This document shows, one piece after another, positions 40,573-50,622 of a stretch of DNA of 64,000 bases (its first letter is position 1; every line of letters starts with the position of its first letter). The position numbers and the translations under genes are program-made. The notes beneath the pieces are model-generated. The model was not told the DNA's origin. It was given only the letters and a program-made list of their open reading frames with translations, and did not search any database. This DNA is from Escherichia phage vB-EcoP-XT18. Where the stretch lies: the sequence record OR757434.1; one strand, written 5' to 3'.

Positions 40573-41349
40573 TTATACACGAGAAGTACGAATACCATAA
40601 ATATCAGGCAAGCTGCTCTGAAGCCGAGTCATGTTATTCGGAATTGCGATAGGTGAACCTGAGTACTCTTGTTTCTTATTCTGCTCTACCATTTCATCAA
40701 GGATAGCTTTTCCTAATGCTGACCATTTCTGAACTCCGTTGTCATCTTGAACAAACAAGCAAGCATGACGTAGAGTAAAGTACAGAAGAAGTTCTGGTGC
40801 GATAGTAAGAATAGCACTAGTGTCTGTGTCTTCATGGAATTCCGGTGGGTCTGCATAATAACTAAGAATTACTGAGTTTTCTGCTGGAATCAAAGGACTT
40901 CCATCATCAGGGTAATACGGAGTGTCTGCTTCGATGCTAGGATAGAAAATGAAACGACTACCGAAACGAGCAAAGTTAACAGGTTGATTGTTCCAATGAG
41001 ATGGGTTAATTGTTCCATGCTGTCTACGATAGCTAATCTCTTCAGGAGATGTTACTTGGAAGATTGTACCATCTTTGGCTCTCATCATCCATTGAGCTTC
41101 TAAGTAATCAGGAGGAATGTAAGCTACTCCATCTTTAATATCTAAATACACTTCTTTTTCCAGAGGAGGGATACGTAAATTACGATAAATCTCTTTCTCT
41201 GCAAAGTTAATAAAGTTTGGAATTTGATTAACAAATTCGTCATCGTCCCTATCTGCCCAGAGGGCCACGGCCTTCTTTAGCCACCCATAGGTATTGATGG
41301 GGTATTGAACGTCAGGCAACATAGGATACCTCCTTCCAGTTTGTGCCAT
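40573..41349 (-). CDS. structural protein, possible head-tail adaptor
   Basis: ORF between the capsid region and the tail fibre. Confidence 0.35.
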   Translation of the reverse strand: MAQTGRRYPMLPDVQYPINTYGWLKKAVALWADRDDDEFVNQIPNFINFAEKEIYRNLRIPPLEKEVYLDIKDGVAYIPPDYLEAQWMMRAKDGTIFQVTSPEEISYRRQHGTINPSHWNNQPVNFARFGSRFIFYPSIEADTPYYPDDGSPLIPAENSVILSYYADPPEFHEDTDTSAILTIAPELLLYFTLRHACLFVQDDNGVQKWSALGKAILDEMVEQNKKQEYSGSPIAIPNNMTRLQSSLPDIYGIRTSRV

Positions 41350-41824
41350 TGATTATCAGGCTTATTGTACTTGAAGAGACTCCAAACTTCCTAGCTAAAG
41401 CTCTAGCTCCGAACTGTCTGTCCCTCGGTTTATAGTTCTCTAAACAGAAAAGAACTTGTTCTTTAGTAAGTTTGGAATTAGGGTTATCCTCAAGATTTCT
41501 TGGTGTTGAGAGTTTTGTTTCATAAGCATGTACACAGTTTTCTTGTTGAGTACACCACTCTAGATTCTCAATCCTGTTATCATCTTTTATTCCATTCTTA
41601 TGGTTGACATAATCCTTCCCTTCTACTTTAGGAAGAAAGAGTTCAGCTATGACCCTGTGCTCTAGGTACGATTTCTTCTTGAAGGTTAGTACACGATATC
41701 CCTTATTATTAATACATCCAGCACGTTGCCCTTTCTGTTTATTGAATATGTTACTCATAGACCAGAAAAGATGCCCTGTATTTGGGTTATATGTAAAAGC
41801 TCCTCTGAAATCTGGCATTGCCAT
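41312..41824 (-). CDS. HNH homing endonuclease with C-terminal HTH, free-standing inside the late operon
   Basis: VNHKNGIKDDNRIENLEWCTQQEN; own promoter motif upstream. Confidence 0.75.
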   Translation of the reverse strand: MAMPDFRGAFTYNPNTGHLFWSMSNIFNKQKGQRAGCINNKGYRVLTFKKKSYLEHRVIAELFLPKVEGKDYVNHKNGIKDDNRIENLEWCTQQENCVHAYETKLSTPRNLEDNPNSKLTKEQVLFCLENYKPRDRQFGARALARKFGVSSSTISLIINGTNWKEVSYVA

Positions 41825-41857
41825 AGGTTGTCCTCCTTGTTATATGTAGACAAAGAA

Positions 41858-41866
41858 TATACATTA
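41858..41866 (-). promoter_or_regulatory. TAATGTATA, putative phage-sigma-dependent promoter
   Basis: minus strand reads GTGTAATGTATATTC about 35 nt upstream of the HNH start. Confidence 0.45.
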
Positions 41867-41889
41867 CACACTAGCTTGTATAGGTCTTA

Positions 41890-41920
41890 AAACGAAAAAA
41901 CCCCGCCCGAAGGCAGGGTC
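41890..41920 (-). terminator. rho-independent terminator (minus strand)
   Basis: CCCUGCC-UUCG-GGCGGGG then UUUUUUCGUUUU on the minus strand. Confidence 0.65.
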
Positions 41921-41925
41921 TAATT

Positions 41926-42474
41926 TTAAGCAGCAGGTGTTACACCTGTGAATTCACAAGTGGCTGTTACAAGAGGTTTAGTCTCGTGTGTAGCTGTAAC
42001 AGAGACTGCACCCGTAGCAGTATCAGCAAGAGTCAAAAGACCAGCTGCACTAACAGTGCCCGCTTCCGGAGGAGTTACCTCAAAAGTATAGTCACTTCCG
42101 GTAGAGTTTGTTGCTGTAAACATAGTAGAGAATGCGGTTGTTGATCCACCCACCTTCCCTGAAATCGGACCTCGGCTAACAAGGGTAGGTTCAGGGTCAG
42201 CAATAGCTGAGATCGTAGATGTACCGGATTTACCACCTTTAGTAGCTTTCACTGTAATCGGGGTTTCTTGCGACGCACTCGGTGCAGTATACAGTCCAGA
42301 AACAGAAATAGCCCCACCACCCTCAACGGACCAAACAAATCCAGTTGTTGATGTGGAGCTATCACTCATTTGTGCTGTAGCTGTAAACTGCTGAGTAGCC
42401 CCCGTCGGAAGGCTTGCAACCGACGAAGGACTAACAGTTATGGTATCTACTGTTACGCCGCCACTGCCTTTCCC
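41926..42474 (-). CDS. Ig-like (Big_2) C-terminal extension of the capsid protein, reached by -1 frameshift
   Basis: -1 frame is open from the slippery site to the stop at 41926; the Big_2-like sequence VTVDTITVSPSSVASLPTGATQQFTATA begins upstream of the first Met. Confidence 0.6.
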   Translation of the reverse strand, partial: GKGSGGVTVDTITVSPSSVASLPTGATQQFTATAQMSDSSTSTTGFVWSVEGGGAISVSGLYTAPSASQETPITVKATKGGKSGTSTISAIADPEPTLVSRGPISGKVGGSTTAFSTMFTATNSTGSDYTFEVTPPEAGTVSAAGLLTLADTATGAVSVTATHETKPLVTATCEFTGVTPAA

Positions 42475-43514
42475 GCAGCAGTGAACAGAACACCGGAAGC
42501 ATACGGGTTGCGGTGACGCAGACCAACTTCCATCTCAATCATCCATTTTTCGTAAGAACCATCTTTAGCCAGTTCAGTACGTTTCGGAGCACGCAGAACC
42601 ATCTGAGTCCAGTCAGCGCTACGGAAGAAGTAAACTGCATCGGTAGGCATCCAACGGTTAACGATGATTTTGTAGCTCTGGCCCAGCGGGTCAGTGATGC
42701 TGTTAACTTCGTAAATGAACTGCTTGGTGTTTTCAAAGATACGCTTACGTGAACCCTGAGTATTTTCTTGCAGACCAGCGAAGATCTTAGCATGAGCCGG
42801 GTTAATCATGATGATATCTGCTTCAGAACCAGCGGTGTACAGTTGCAGAGTCATATCAAAGATATCTGCTTCATCAAAGCCGATGTTAGTAGCCGGGTTA
42901 GAAGCGTTCTGTGCAACTTTAACAGTGATTGCACCAGTATCCGGGTCAGCAGGACCATTCTTGGTCTTGTCAACAACGCCGCCAGCCAGACCACCGTGAG
43001 CACACAGGAACTGGAATGCACCAGTCTTACGAGCTGCATGGGTGTCGTTCTTGCCAATCTGATCTGGGTCAGCGGCAGAGTTAGTCAGGTATTGGTCAGC
43101 CAGAACGTCGGTACGAGCCTGACCAGACAGAAGGATTTTCTCGAGGTCACGCTTGATCTCTTTACCTTTCTTCTCCAGCTGGTACATCAGTTCGCGACCA
43201 CGACCGTAGTTAGCGGTGGTGTTAGCAGTGTCAGAAACACGAACAACCTTACGCAGAATCTGAGTAACGTTAGACTTGATAACAGTCGGTTTCATTTCGC
43301 CGTCTTCAGCACGAGAGCCTTCGACGTGTGCGTTATTACCATCAACGCTTGCCAGTGCATCGGTCTGCCAGCTAAAGATAGTCTGGTTGATAGACTCTTT
43401 ACCGGTCATGGATACGAACGGGGTATCCTGAGGGGACAGAACAGAAATCCAGTTAGCAAAAGAAAGTTTTTTACCATTCTGGTCATACGATACAAATAAA
43501 GTTGGATTAGCCAT
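42453..43514 (-). CDS. major capsid protein
   Basis: 353-aa ORF directly after the scaffold gene; gene order and size. Confidence 0.7.
   Translation of the reverse strand: MANPTLFVSYDQNGKKLSFANWISVLSPQDTPFVSMTGKESINQTIFSWQTDALASVDGNNAHVEGSRAEDGEMKPTVIKSNVTQILRKVVRVSDTANTTANYGRGRELMYQLEKKGKEIKRDLEKILLSGQARTDVLADQYLTNSAADPDQIGKNDTHAARKTGAFQFLCAHGGLAGGVVDKTKNGPADPDTGAITVKVAQNASNPATNIGFDEADIFDMTLQLYTAGSEADIIMINPAHAKIFAGLQENTQGSRKRIFENTKQFIYEVNSITDPLGQSYKIIVNRWMPTDAVYFFRSADWTQMVLRAPKRTELAKDGSYEKWMIEMEVGLRHRNPYASGVLFTAAGKAVAA
42468..42474 (-). promoter_or_regulatory. -1 ribosomal frameshift slippery heptamer G_GGA_AAG
   Basis: GGGAAAG lies 5 codons before the capsid stop; same heptamer as the lambda G/GT frameshift site. 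Confidence 0.55.
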
Positions 43515-43555
43515 GTTATGTTAGCTCCTATACTATTAAATAATTAATTTGTCGA

Positions 43556-44641
43556 TTAATCTACGAGGAATTTGAATGCGTCTTCGTGACTAACGCGACC
43601 CTCTGCGAATGCCTTGGCAACCTTAGCGTTGTCTGGCTTATTGGAAGTACGAGACTTTGCAGCATCAGACTTCACAACCTTGCGTGGAGCACCGGGACGT
43701 TTAATCTTAGCCATCACCTGCTGCTTACCTTTATCAAATTGGTATGCTTTATGGAGAGCTAGGAAAATAGACGGACGGTTTTCCTTCAATACTTCTTCTT
43801 CAGTAGCACCTAAGTCAATTGCATATTGCATTAAGTTTTGATATAAGTTTTCATCCCAATTTGGAATCTCACGTTTCAGAATATTAACGCACTCAATACT
43901 TTTGGCTTGGAAAGCTTCCTGTTCTTTAGCTGCTGCTTCCTGCTTAACACGCATCTGAGCCTGTTCAAGCTGGTTACGACGAGCTGTGTACTTCTCTAGG
44001 AAACGTTTGTTTTCAACATATGCTTGAGGATCTTCTACTGCAAGCTTGTCCCAATCAAATCCGTTGTAATCTTCAATTACTCGGTCTGCTTCTAAAGACG
44101 CTAATTCTAATACATCCTTCAAACCTACTACACGTTCCTCAAATGCTTCCATGTGACGCTGAAGAGTTGATTCTCGTTCGGTCATGTCAGCACCAGTAAG
44201 ATAGCCATTGGAGAGTTCTTCAATAGTCATCTCACGTCCATCAGGAAGGGTGATAACGGTTTCGTAGTCTACATCAAAGACCTCACCATCACCGTCAGCA
44301 GAATCATCTTCATACCCTGCATCGCTTGAGTCTTCCTCTTCTGCTTCAGTGTTTTCATCACCTTCATCAGAGTCATCCCCATCTTCTTCGACTTCGCCTT
44401 CCTCATCATGATCTTCCCAACCATCTTCATCTTCGAACTTAAGCTCATCGCTTTCACCGAGAAGGTCGGTATCAAAGTCGAAATTGTCACCGGTATCTTC
44501 CGGGAACTCATCGTCAATGTCCACTTCTGGTTCTTGTTCAGATTCTAATCGACCAAGTTCTTCTTTAAAAGAACCTTTCAGGTCATCCAGTTGGAGGAAA
44601 GATTTAAAATCGTTCGGGTCAATATAATTATCTTGTGGCAT
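43556..44641 (-). CDS. scaffolding protein
   Basis: highly acidic Asp/Glu-rich N-terminal half, helical C-terminus, between portal and capsid. Confidence 0.6.
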   Translation of the reverse strand: MPQDNYIDPNDFKSFLQLDDLKGSFKEELGRLESEQEPEVDIDDEFPEDTGDNFDFDTDLLGESDELKFEDEDGWEDHDEEGEVEEDGDDSDEGDENTEAEEEDSSDAGYEDDSADGDGEVFDVDYETVITLPDGREMTIEELSNGYLTGADMTERESTLQRHMEAFEERVVGLKDVLELASLEADRVIEDYNGFDWDKLAVEDPQAYVENKRFLEKYTARRNQLEQAQMRVKQEAAAKEQEAFQAKSIECVNILKREIPNWDENLYQNLMQYAIDLGATEEEVLKENRPSIFLALHKAYQFDKGKQQVMAKIKRPGAPRKVVKSDAAKSRTSNKPDNAKVAKAFAEGRVSHEDAFKFLVD

Positions 44642-44877
44642 TATGAAACATCTCCTGCACTATTGATAGCAGCTTTTATGACCTCTTTTAAGCTACCCAC
44701 CATTTTATACTTTTGATAACAATCTTCGCGTTTCTTATTCTCATGAGGTTCAGTTTGAACTATCTCTGTCATGAGTCTTTCTTTCAATGCCTCTAATGCT
44801 GCGTCAAGACTGCCGTTAAGATTGAGAGCCGCCAAAGCGGCGGCGTGCTCTTTATTGAATTGATGCCTAATGTTCAT
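44641..44877 (-). CDS. hypothetical protein
   Basis: small ORF between portal and scaffold. Confidence 0.35.
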   Translation of the reverse strand: MNIRHQFNKEHAAALAALNLNGSLDAALEALKERLMTEIVQTEPHENKKREDCYQKYKMVGSLKEVIKAAINSAGDVS

Positions 44878-44886
44878 TCGACGTCC

Positions 44887-47130
44887 TTACTTTTTACTTC
44901 CAAGACGTTTGCCTGGAATCCGTGAATCTTTGAGAGAAGCTTGTTGCTCTTTCTTAGTTACATTTGCTTCTTTCTTCTGGAGTTCCAAAGTTTTATCCTG
45001 AACACGAGATTGCTGAACAATCTTCTCTTGGTCAACCTGATGTTCCATAACCATCTGCAATTCTTTCAGTACAGACTCATACTGACGGACCTGCTGTTGC
45101 ATAAGAGCTAACTTGTGCTTAGCTTGTTCCAGAGTTGCATTGTTATCTTCTTTACGGTTTTCCAGAGTCATAGCATCTGCTGCATTTTCTTGCTTGAACT
45201 GCAACTCTTCCTGACGCAGACTTAATTCATCCGCAGCTTTCTGCTGTTCGAATGTAGTACGTTCACGCTGGTCGAATGCATCAGCAATCATCTTCTGAGA
45301 AGAAGCCTGTACGTTCTCAACCTGTGCTTTAGTCATCTCGAGCTGGAGGATTTCCATCGGAGACGGCTCAGGAGGCTGATACTGTTCCAGAGGCAGTAGG
45401 TATTTGTGAGTGTCTTTAATACCCATCAACTCAAAGATCTGTGCAGTCATGTAACGGTCTTGCTCCAAACCGAAGAGAGGTGCTAACTGTGCATCTGCTG
45501 CAATCAGCTGCTTCAAGCTAATCAGTTTCTGTGCACGTTCTGCTTTTTCATTAGGAGAGATAGCTACAACAACTTGAAGATTGTGACGAGCTGGTAATTG
45601 TTTCGGATTTACCTGAACCATACCACGAGGGGTTTGTACCTCAATAGGAACTTCACCATTTTCTCTGATAAGGCTATAAATACCACGCATCAATTCAACC
45701 ATACCATTGTGAGCAATGTTACGACATACCATACGGAGACGGTTCTGTGCAGCATTCATCATCAAGCCTACGGTTGCATAAGCGTTATCGTTCTTAAACA
45801 CATCAGGGTTGATACCCATGCCAAGTTTAGTTACACCAGTACGTGTCTCTTTAAGCTCCTCAGACATACCTAGGAGGCCATCAATACCTTGAGGTAGGTT
45901 ATGGTATGGGAACAGGTCGATAGCGTCCTGACGTTCCATTTCAACCACTCCACCGGGACGGTTATCAAGCAGAGAGCGACGATCGTATGCACCAACAAGA
46001 GCTTTGTATCGACCATAGTTAGCATTGTTGACGTTATCAATATAACCACGAACTAACGCGGTACGTAAATCCTGAATATCTTTCGTAATGTCATAGACTG
46101 ACTGACCATAGAAGGAACCCGGAATCGGATACGGACAGAAGGTTACAAACGGAATGTGAGTTACTTCTTCAGTGTGAAGGATATGCTCACCAGCTTGAAT
46201 AACCTGATAGAGTTTAGATTCTTTATTCTTATCTAGAACACCAGTACGGATGTAGTGCTCATAAACCCAAACCATAGTAGCGATATCTTCAGTATCTGTG
46301 CCAATGTCAGCATCAATGTCCTGACGCCAGTCAGTACGAGACCAAGCAACTGTAGATTGAGTGGTATCCATCGTGTCTGTCCAGTCATTAAATGCTTCAA
46401 TCTCATCTTTAGGGAAGCCCATAGCAACCAGATCTTCTTTAGAACGACGTACACGATGACAGAAATATTGTGCATCTGCAAAAGAGGTAGCATGTTCATC
46501 AACAAAGATTTGCTCTGAAGGAACATATTCAACTTTCACACGTTTAACAGTTTGTTCATAAGTAACTTTAACATCTACTGTACCGTCTTCATTTTCTTCA
46601 GTGAAGATTTCCAGATTCTTGAGTCCACCAGCTTCTAATCCCTGAACATATGCAGCCAACGCTTCCGGTGGTACACCTTCAGCTTCTTCAGTTTGAGTAG
46701 AAGTGTGCTCATCCCAATAATACTTGATAAAAGAGTTACGAGTAACTAGACATTCTTGTGCAGCAGAGGAGATAATATTGTATCCCGGATTGTCACGCAG
46801 AAGAATTTGGTTAACTAGTTTAGTTGCTACATCAGCAGCATCAGAGTCCTGTTGGTTATCAGCTACAAAAGTAACTGCTTCATCACCAGAACAGAATACG
46901 TTAATAATATCTTGCAATGTACCGTTAACGGATTCCCAAACAGTACGATCTACCCAACTAGAGCTGCCAGCAGTTACTGGTGCAGGTAAGTTACCATAGA
47001 AATATTCCCAAGCTTCACGAGCATAGCCCTTAACAGCCATGTCAACGTAACCTTGAGCGTAATTAAAACGACGTTGAAGGTCAACACGTAACTCGTCCAA
47101 CACCTCTTCACTATATTTTTGCTTAGCCAT
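44887..47130 (-). CDS. portal protein
   Basis: 747-aa ORF after the terminase; long C-terminal coiled coil as in the P22 portal barrel. Confidence 0.7.
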   Translation of the reverse strand: MAKQKYSEEVLDELRVDLQRRFNYAQGYVDMAVKGYAREAWEYFYGNLPAPVTAGSSSWVDRTVWESVNGTLQDIINVFCSGDEAVTFVADNQQDSDAADVATKLVNQILLRDNPGYNIISSAAQECLVTRNSFIKYYWDEHTSTQTEEAEGVPPEALAAYVQGLEAGGLKNLEIFTEENEDGTVDVKVTYEQTVKRVKVEYVPSEQIFVDEHATSFADAQYFCHRVRRSKEDLVAMGFPKDEIEAFNDWTDTMDTTQSTVAWSRTDWRQDIDADIGTDTEDIATMVWVYEHYIRTGVLDKNKESKLYQVIQAGEHILHTEEVTHIPFVTFCPYPIPGSFYGQSVYDITKDIQDLRTALVRGYIDNVNNANYGRYKALVGAYDRRSLLDNRPGGVVEMERQDAIDLFPYHNLPQGIDGLLGMSEELKETRTGVTKLGMGINPDVFKNDNAYATVGLMMNAAQNRLRMVCRNIAHNGMVELMRGIYSLIRENGEVPIEVQTPRGMVQVNPKQLPARHNLQVVVAISPNEKAERAQKLISLKQLIAADAQLAPLFGLEQDRYMTAQIFELMGIKDTHKYLLPLEQYQPPEPSPMEILQLEMTKAQVENVQASSQKMIADAFDQRERTTFEQQKAADELSLRQEELQFKQENAADAMTLENRKEDNNATLEQAKHKLALMQQQVRQYESVLKELQMVMEHQVDQEKIVQQSRVQDKTLELQKKEANVTKKEQQASLKDSRIPGKRLGSKK

Positions 47131-47164
47131 CTATTCTCTCCCTCGGTTGATAGCTTAAATAAAA

Positions 47165-47200
47165 GAAGGGAGGACAAACCTCCCCTCTTGTTTTTCTTTC
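47165..47200. terminator. hairpin terminator between terminase and portal genes
   Basis: GGGAGG-ACAAA-CCUCCC with U-rich flanks on both strands. Confidence 0.45.
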
Positions 47201-47356
47201 TAGCTGCACTTAAGGTAGCAAATCACCTGAATTTCTTAACCATAAGACTAAAAGGGAGGTCGTAGCCTACTCTCCCCAACAAGCCGCCAGAATGCTTGTC
47301 CCCTACACTAGAAAGACCAATTTCTGGCCTAAGTCTCTCTAGAAACTCTTAGGATT

Positions 47357-48898
47357 TTAGTAGCTCTGATTCCATCTGCTTACGTTTGCCTCATACAAAG
47401 AAGCGCTTCCGTAGCTAACATCATGCTTAGAGCGACCACGATGTGTAACAGAGCACGCTGAATAGCGCATTGCATCCATTAAGTCATCATGTTCTTTAAT
47501 AATCTTACCAACCTTACGGTGATATCTAGCTTTCTCTTCGAATAGCTTAGCGTTAGCGGCTGTGTTAAAGACTTTAAAGCGTCCACTCATCATTCTTTCT
47601 CGGATATCTGTGATTCCCGGTTCTACAAAGAAGTTCTTTTTACCATCCATTCCAATTTTGTTGTAGAAGGTCTCACTCTGTACGTTAACTCCTGCATTCT
47701 TATAGAATTGAGCAACAGATGAGCCACTACCTTTCTCAGTATTGTCCGCATCATGCGGTAGGATGACAGGAATCCACTGACCACGACCATTAATAGCTGG
47801 AGCATGATACACTGGAGTAAAGCCACCTTCTTTATATGAGTCGTAAACATAGATAGTATCCGTGTTTGCATCGTAAGCTGTCCAAACAGCAGCAGTTGGG
47901 TGATCAATACCAATATCAATTGCACAGACACGTTTCCACGTATCAGGAATTTCGAATGGTTCACATTTAATTGTGTCATCCGATACATCATATATCAAAC
48001 CACTTCCTAACAATGGCATACCTTTTGAACGCATCTCTAACTGCCACGCTGGAATACCTTCAGTCATATCTTTTATATCTTGGTCAGTGATGTGTCCACC
48101 TAGGTCTGCATGAGCATCCCACCAAGAAGCATTCTGGAAATACAGAGAACCTGTGTTCTCATCTCCTTCACCTTTCATAAATTTATCTACCAGTTCAGTT
48201 AAACCGTTCTCTGGTGTAGCTGTAATTGTAACTAGACCTTTAGTTGTGAGTGTACGTGTGACGCACTGTGCGAATATAGCCATAGACTCGTATGGATCTT
48301 CTTCGTCTAACCAAATGTAGTCAACTGTTGCACCCATCAATGTGTGTTCACCCTGTTGGGTTGAACGGAATTCTAATGTACTTAAACCGTCAAACTCTCC
48401 TCTCTCATTTTGATGTTTGATTTGTACGATTTGAAGTTTGTTACCATCTCGTTCTATCGTATCAATGACGATAGCATCACGAGGAATGACACCTGTCCCT
48501 AATAAATTTGTATCCTTTCCGATAGGTGTACCAAACAATTCCTTTTGCAATACTTTCCTTGTGGAATCCCCTGTAATACCAACTGCCCATGCTAAGATAG
48601 GTCTTTTAAATTTATATCCTGTCCACCAAGTTGGGTAGCGACCTGTGACATGACAAGCAAACTCGTATGCCTCGCTATAAGATTTACCAACACGGTTCGC
48701 TGCACACAAGAATCTAAAGCGATGCTTCAATCCTGCTGCATAAAATTTCTTTTGGAAGTCATACGCCTTGAAAGACAAAATCTTATTATACTTCCTCCAT
48801 TGGTCACGCTCTTTCAACATATTCAATAGTGCTTTCTTTTCGTCTACACTAAGGTTGTTACCAGTTAGAGCTTCATAAATTTGTTTATCTAATGACAT
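47357..48898 (-). CDS. terminase large subunit
   Basis: Walker A-like AANRVGKS; size and position upstream of the portal. Confidence 0.75.
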   Translation of the reverse strand: MSLDKQIYEALTGNNLSVDEKKALLNMLKERDQWRKYNKILSFKAYDFQKKFYAAGLKHRFRFLCAANRVGKSYSEAYEFACHVTGRYPTWWTGYKFKRPILAWAVGITGDSTRKVLQKELFGTPIGKDTNLLGTGVIPRDAIVIDTIERDGNKLQIVQIKHQNERGEFDGLSTLEFRSTQQGEHTLMGATVDYIWLDEEDPYESMAIFAQCVTRTLTTKGLVTITATPENGLTELVDKFMKGEGDENTGSLYFQNASWWDAHADLGGHITDQDIKDMTEGIPAWQLEMRSKGMPLLGSGLIYDVSDDTIKCEPFEIPDTWKRVCAIDIGIDHPTAAVWTAYDANTDTIYVYDSYKEGGFTPVYHAPAINGRGQWIPVILPHDADNTEKGSGSSVAQFYKNAGVNVQSETFYNKIGMDGKKNFFVEPGITDIRERMMSGRFKVFNTAANAKLFEEKARYHRKVGKIIKEHDDLMDAMRYSACSVTHRGRSKHDVSYGSASLYEANVSRWNQSY

Positions 48899-49059
48899 AC
48901 TTCCTCCAGTTTAAAAATAGAAAAGGGAAAGTCCCTTCGTCAAAGAACCTCCCCTCTCCACTACAAGGGTACACTGCAAAAGAACATCGTGGCAATAAAA
49001 CTATAACAACCCTTAGATTGCTAATCAGATGATCTTCGACAGCTCCCTGTTTCCTTTAA

Positions 49060-49533
49060 TTAACTCTCGTCCGCTTCCTCCCCCTTTTCAGCGTCCTCAG
49101 AGTTGTCTTCTTCTGGAGGCATAACGTCGATACCAAGTGCTCCAGTCAAGAAGTCCTTGATTTGTGCATTCAATGATTCTTCGTTAATTACATTCTCTTC
49201 CTCAATCTTAACTTCAACAGAGGCCGCCTTAGGATATACCAGATCTGCAACTTTTGATGCAGCCTTGAATCTAAGATCAGGTGGAATATTAGGATCTTCG
49301 TAAATTTGAATTAACACTTCATCAGGAGACAAATGACTTGCAGCAACACGGTCCAACATTAATTGTGTCAGTTTACCTCTACTACCTCTGGGTCGTCCGA
49401 ATTTATTTCCCTTTTGAAACTTCCCATTGCTTGGGTTCATACCACGGCCTTCAAGTTCTTCCGTTACTCCGGGTAATCTTCCTGTAATCTCAGCTACCTG
49501 TGCAGGTGTGAGTTCTCCGTTTTCTCCAAACAT
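49060..49533 (-). CDS. putative terminase small subunit
   Basis: directly upstream of the large subunit; basic GNKFGRPRGSRGK segment and acidic C-terminus. Confidence 0.4.
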   Translation of the reverse strand: MFGENGELTPAQVAEITGRLPGVTEELEGRGMNPSNGKFQKGNKFGRPRGSRGKLTQLMLDRVAASHLSPDEVLIQIYEDPNIPPDLRFKAASKVADLVYPKAASVEVKIEEENVINEESLNAQIKDFLTGALGIDVMPPEEDNSEDAEKGEEADES

Positions 49534-49555
49534 TTTATACTCCTTCTACATTATC

Positions 49556-49585
49556 AACAACACAAAAAGCCTCCCAAGGGAGGCA
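49556..49585 (-). terminator. rho-independent terminator (minus strand)
   Basis: GCCUCC-CUUG-GGAGGC then UUUUUGUG on the minus strand. Confidence 0.55.
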
Positions 49586-49589
49586 AACA

Positions 49590-50222
49590 TTACTTACAAT
49601 CACCAACGGACAGGTTAAACATCTTACCTAAAGTAACTATCTCACCCTCCCACGGAAGTTCTACACCCTTCTCTTCCTCTAAAAGAATAGAGCCGTCGAC
49701 CAAAAATTTTTCGTAGTCTCGCAGTGCGTCGTCTACTAACTCACTCTTGTGAATCCACGTAATTGTTTCTGTACCATCTTCTTCGATTCGAACATCACGA
49801 TGCCATTCATCTTTAGAGGTAATGTAATCATGGAGCATTTCATATTCAGCTTCTTCAATCATCTCAATCATTGCACGAGCATAGTCAGGAAGGTGATCAT
49901 GTTTAGTAGATTCATATTCAACTACTTCCAGAGTAGATGGTTGTGTTTTAGTTTTAGAGTTAGGGCGAGTAGTATGAATCAAATCTAACATGTTTTTGTT
50001 CTCCGTAATATTTGGTTTAAGAATACTTCCACTATACAAATCTTGTACAGCCAGTCCTGAGATGTTTCCCATAGTTTCTAAATGTTGTAAGCTACAACCA
50101 GAGCGACATAGCTGTGAATTATACTCGTTAAGGTCCATCGCTTGGGTGTGGAAAGGAGAGCCAGAAGGGAAACTACCTCCATAAATACCTTCCATGTTAC
50201 GTGCGATTATTTGATTATTCAT
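49590..50222 (-). CDS. hypothetical protein
   Basis: ORF at the head of the late operon. Confidence 0.45.
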   Translation of the reverse strand: MNNQIIARNMEGIYGGSFPSGSPFHTQAMDLNEYNSQLCRSGCSLQHLETMGNISGLAVQDLYSGSILKPNITENKNMLDLIHTTRPNSKTKTQPSTLEVVEYESTKHDHLPDYARAMIEMIEEAEYEMLHDYITSKDEWHRDVRIEEDGTETITWIHKSELVDDALRDYEKFLVDGSILLEEEKGVELPWEGEIVTLGKMFNLSVGDCK

Positions 50223-50469
50223 CTGTCTCTCCCTTGCTGTAATCTTTATACGTTTCTACTTTGTAAGTGCAGAATGCTCTAAAGAAGAGCCAACCTAAGC
50301 TACTCACATCAATGGTAATATCGAAATCTGTTTCATCATCTAGGTCAACAAGACGACCTAAGCATGTAGCTTCCATCCCATCTTCAGAGTCACTATTGAC
50401 TACGAAAGCGTATGTCTCCGTTCTGAACCGAGGCACTATCTCTGATAAAAAGTCTAATACTAAATTCAT
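50215..50469 (-). CDS. hypothetical acidic protein
   Basis: first ORF of the minus-strand operon, with AGGAG RBS. Confidence 0.45.
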   Translation of the reverse strand: MNLVLDFLSEIVPRFRTETYAFVVNSDSEDGMEATCLGRLVDLDDETDFDITIDVSSLGWLFFRAFCTYKVETYKDYSKGETDE

Positions 50470-50495
50470 AACTCTTCTCCTCTGAATAAGAGTAT

Positions 50496-50622
50496 AAAGG
50501 GCTAGTCATATCTAACCCGTAAAGGCCACGTCATCAAAGATGACTACCTCATACTAACAACCCGTGTACTCTGAAGTAAAGGGCATGTCATAAAGGCACC
50601 CTCATGTTAAGGCCATGTCATT
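50496..50622. repeat. four iteron-like direct repeats, AAAGGSCAYGTCAT
   Basis: copies at about 50496, 50521, 50578 and 50608, just upstream of the late operon. Confidence 0.6.

Noticed and set aside
42513-43499. Alternative-frame ORFs within the capsid gene (42768-43499 plus, 42539-42793 minus and others)
   Set aside because: They overlap the well-supported capsid ORF, have no RBS and have low-complexity translations.
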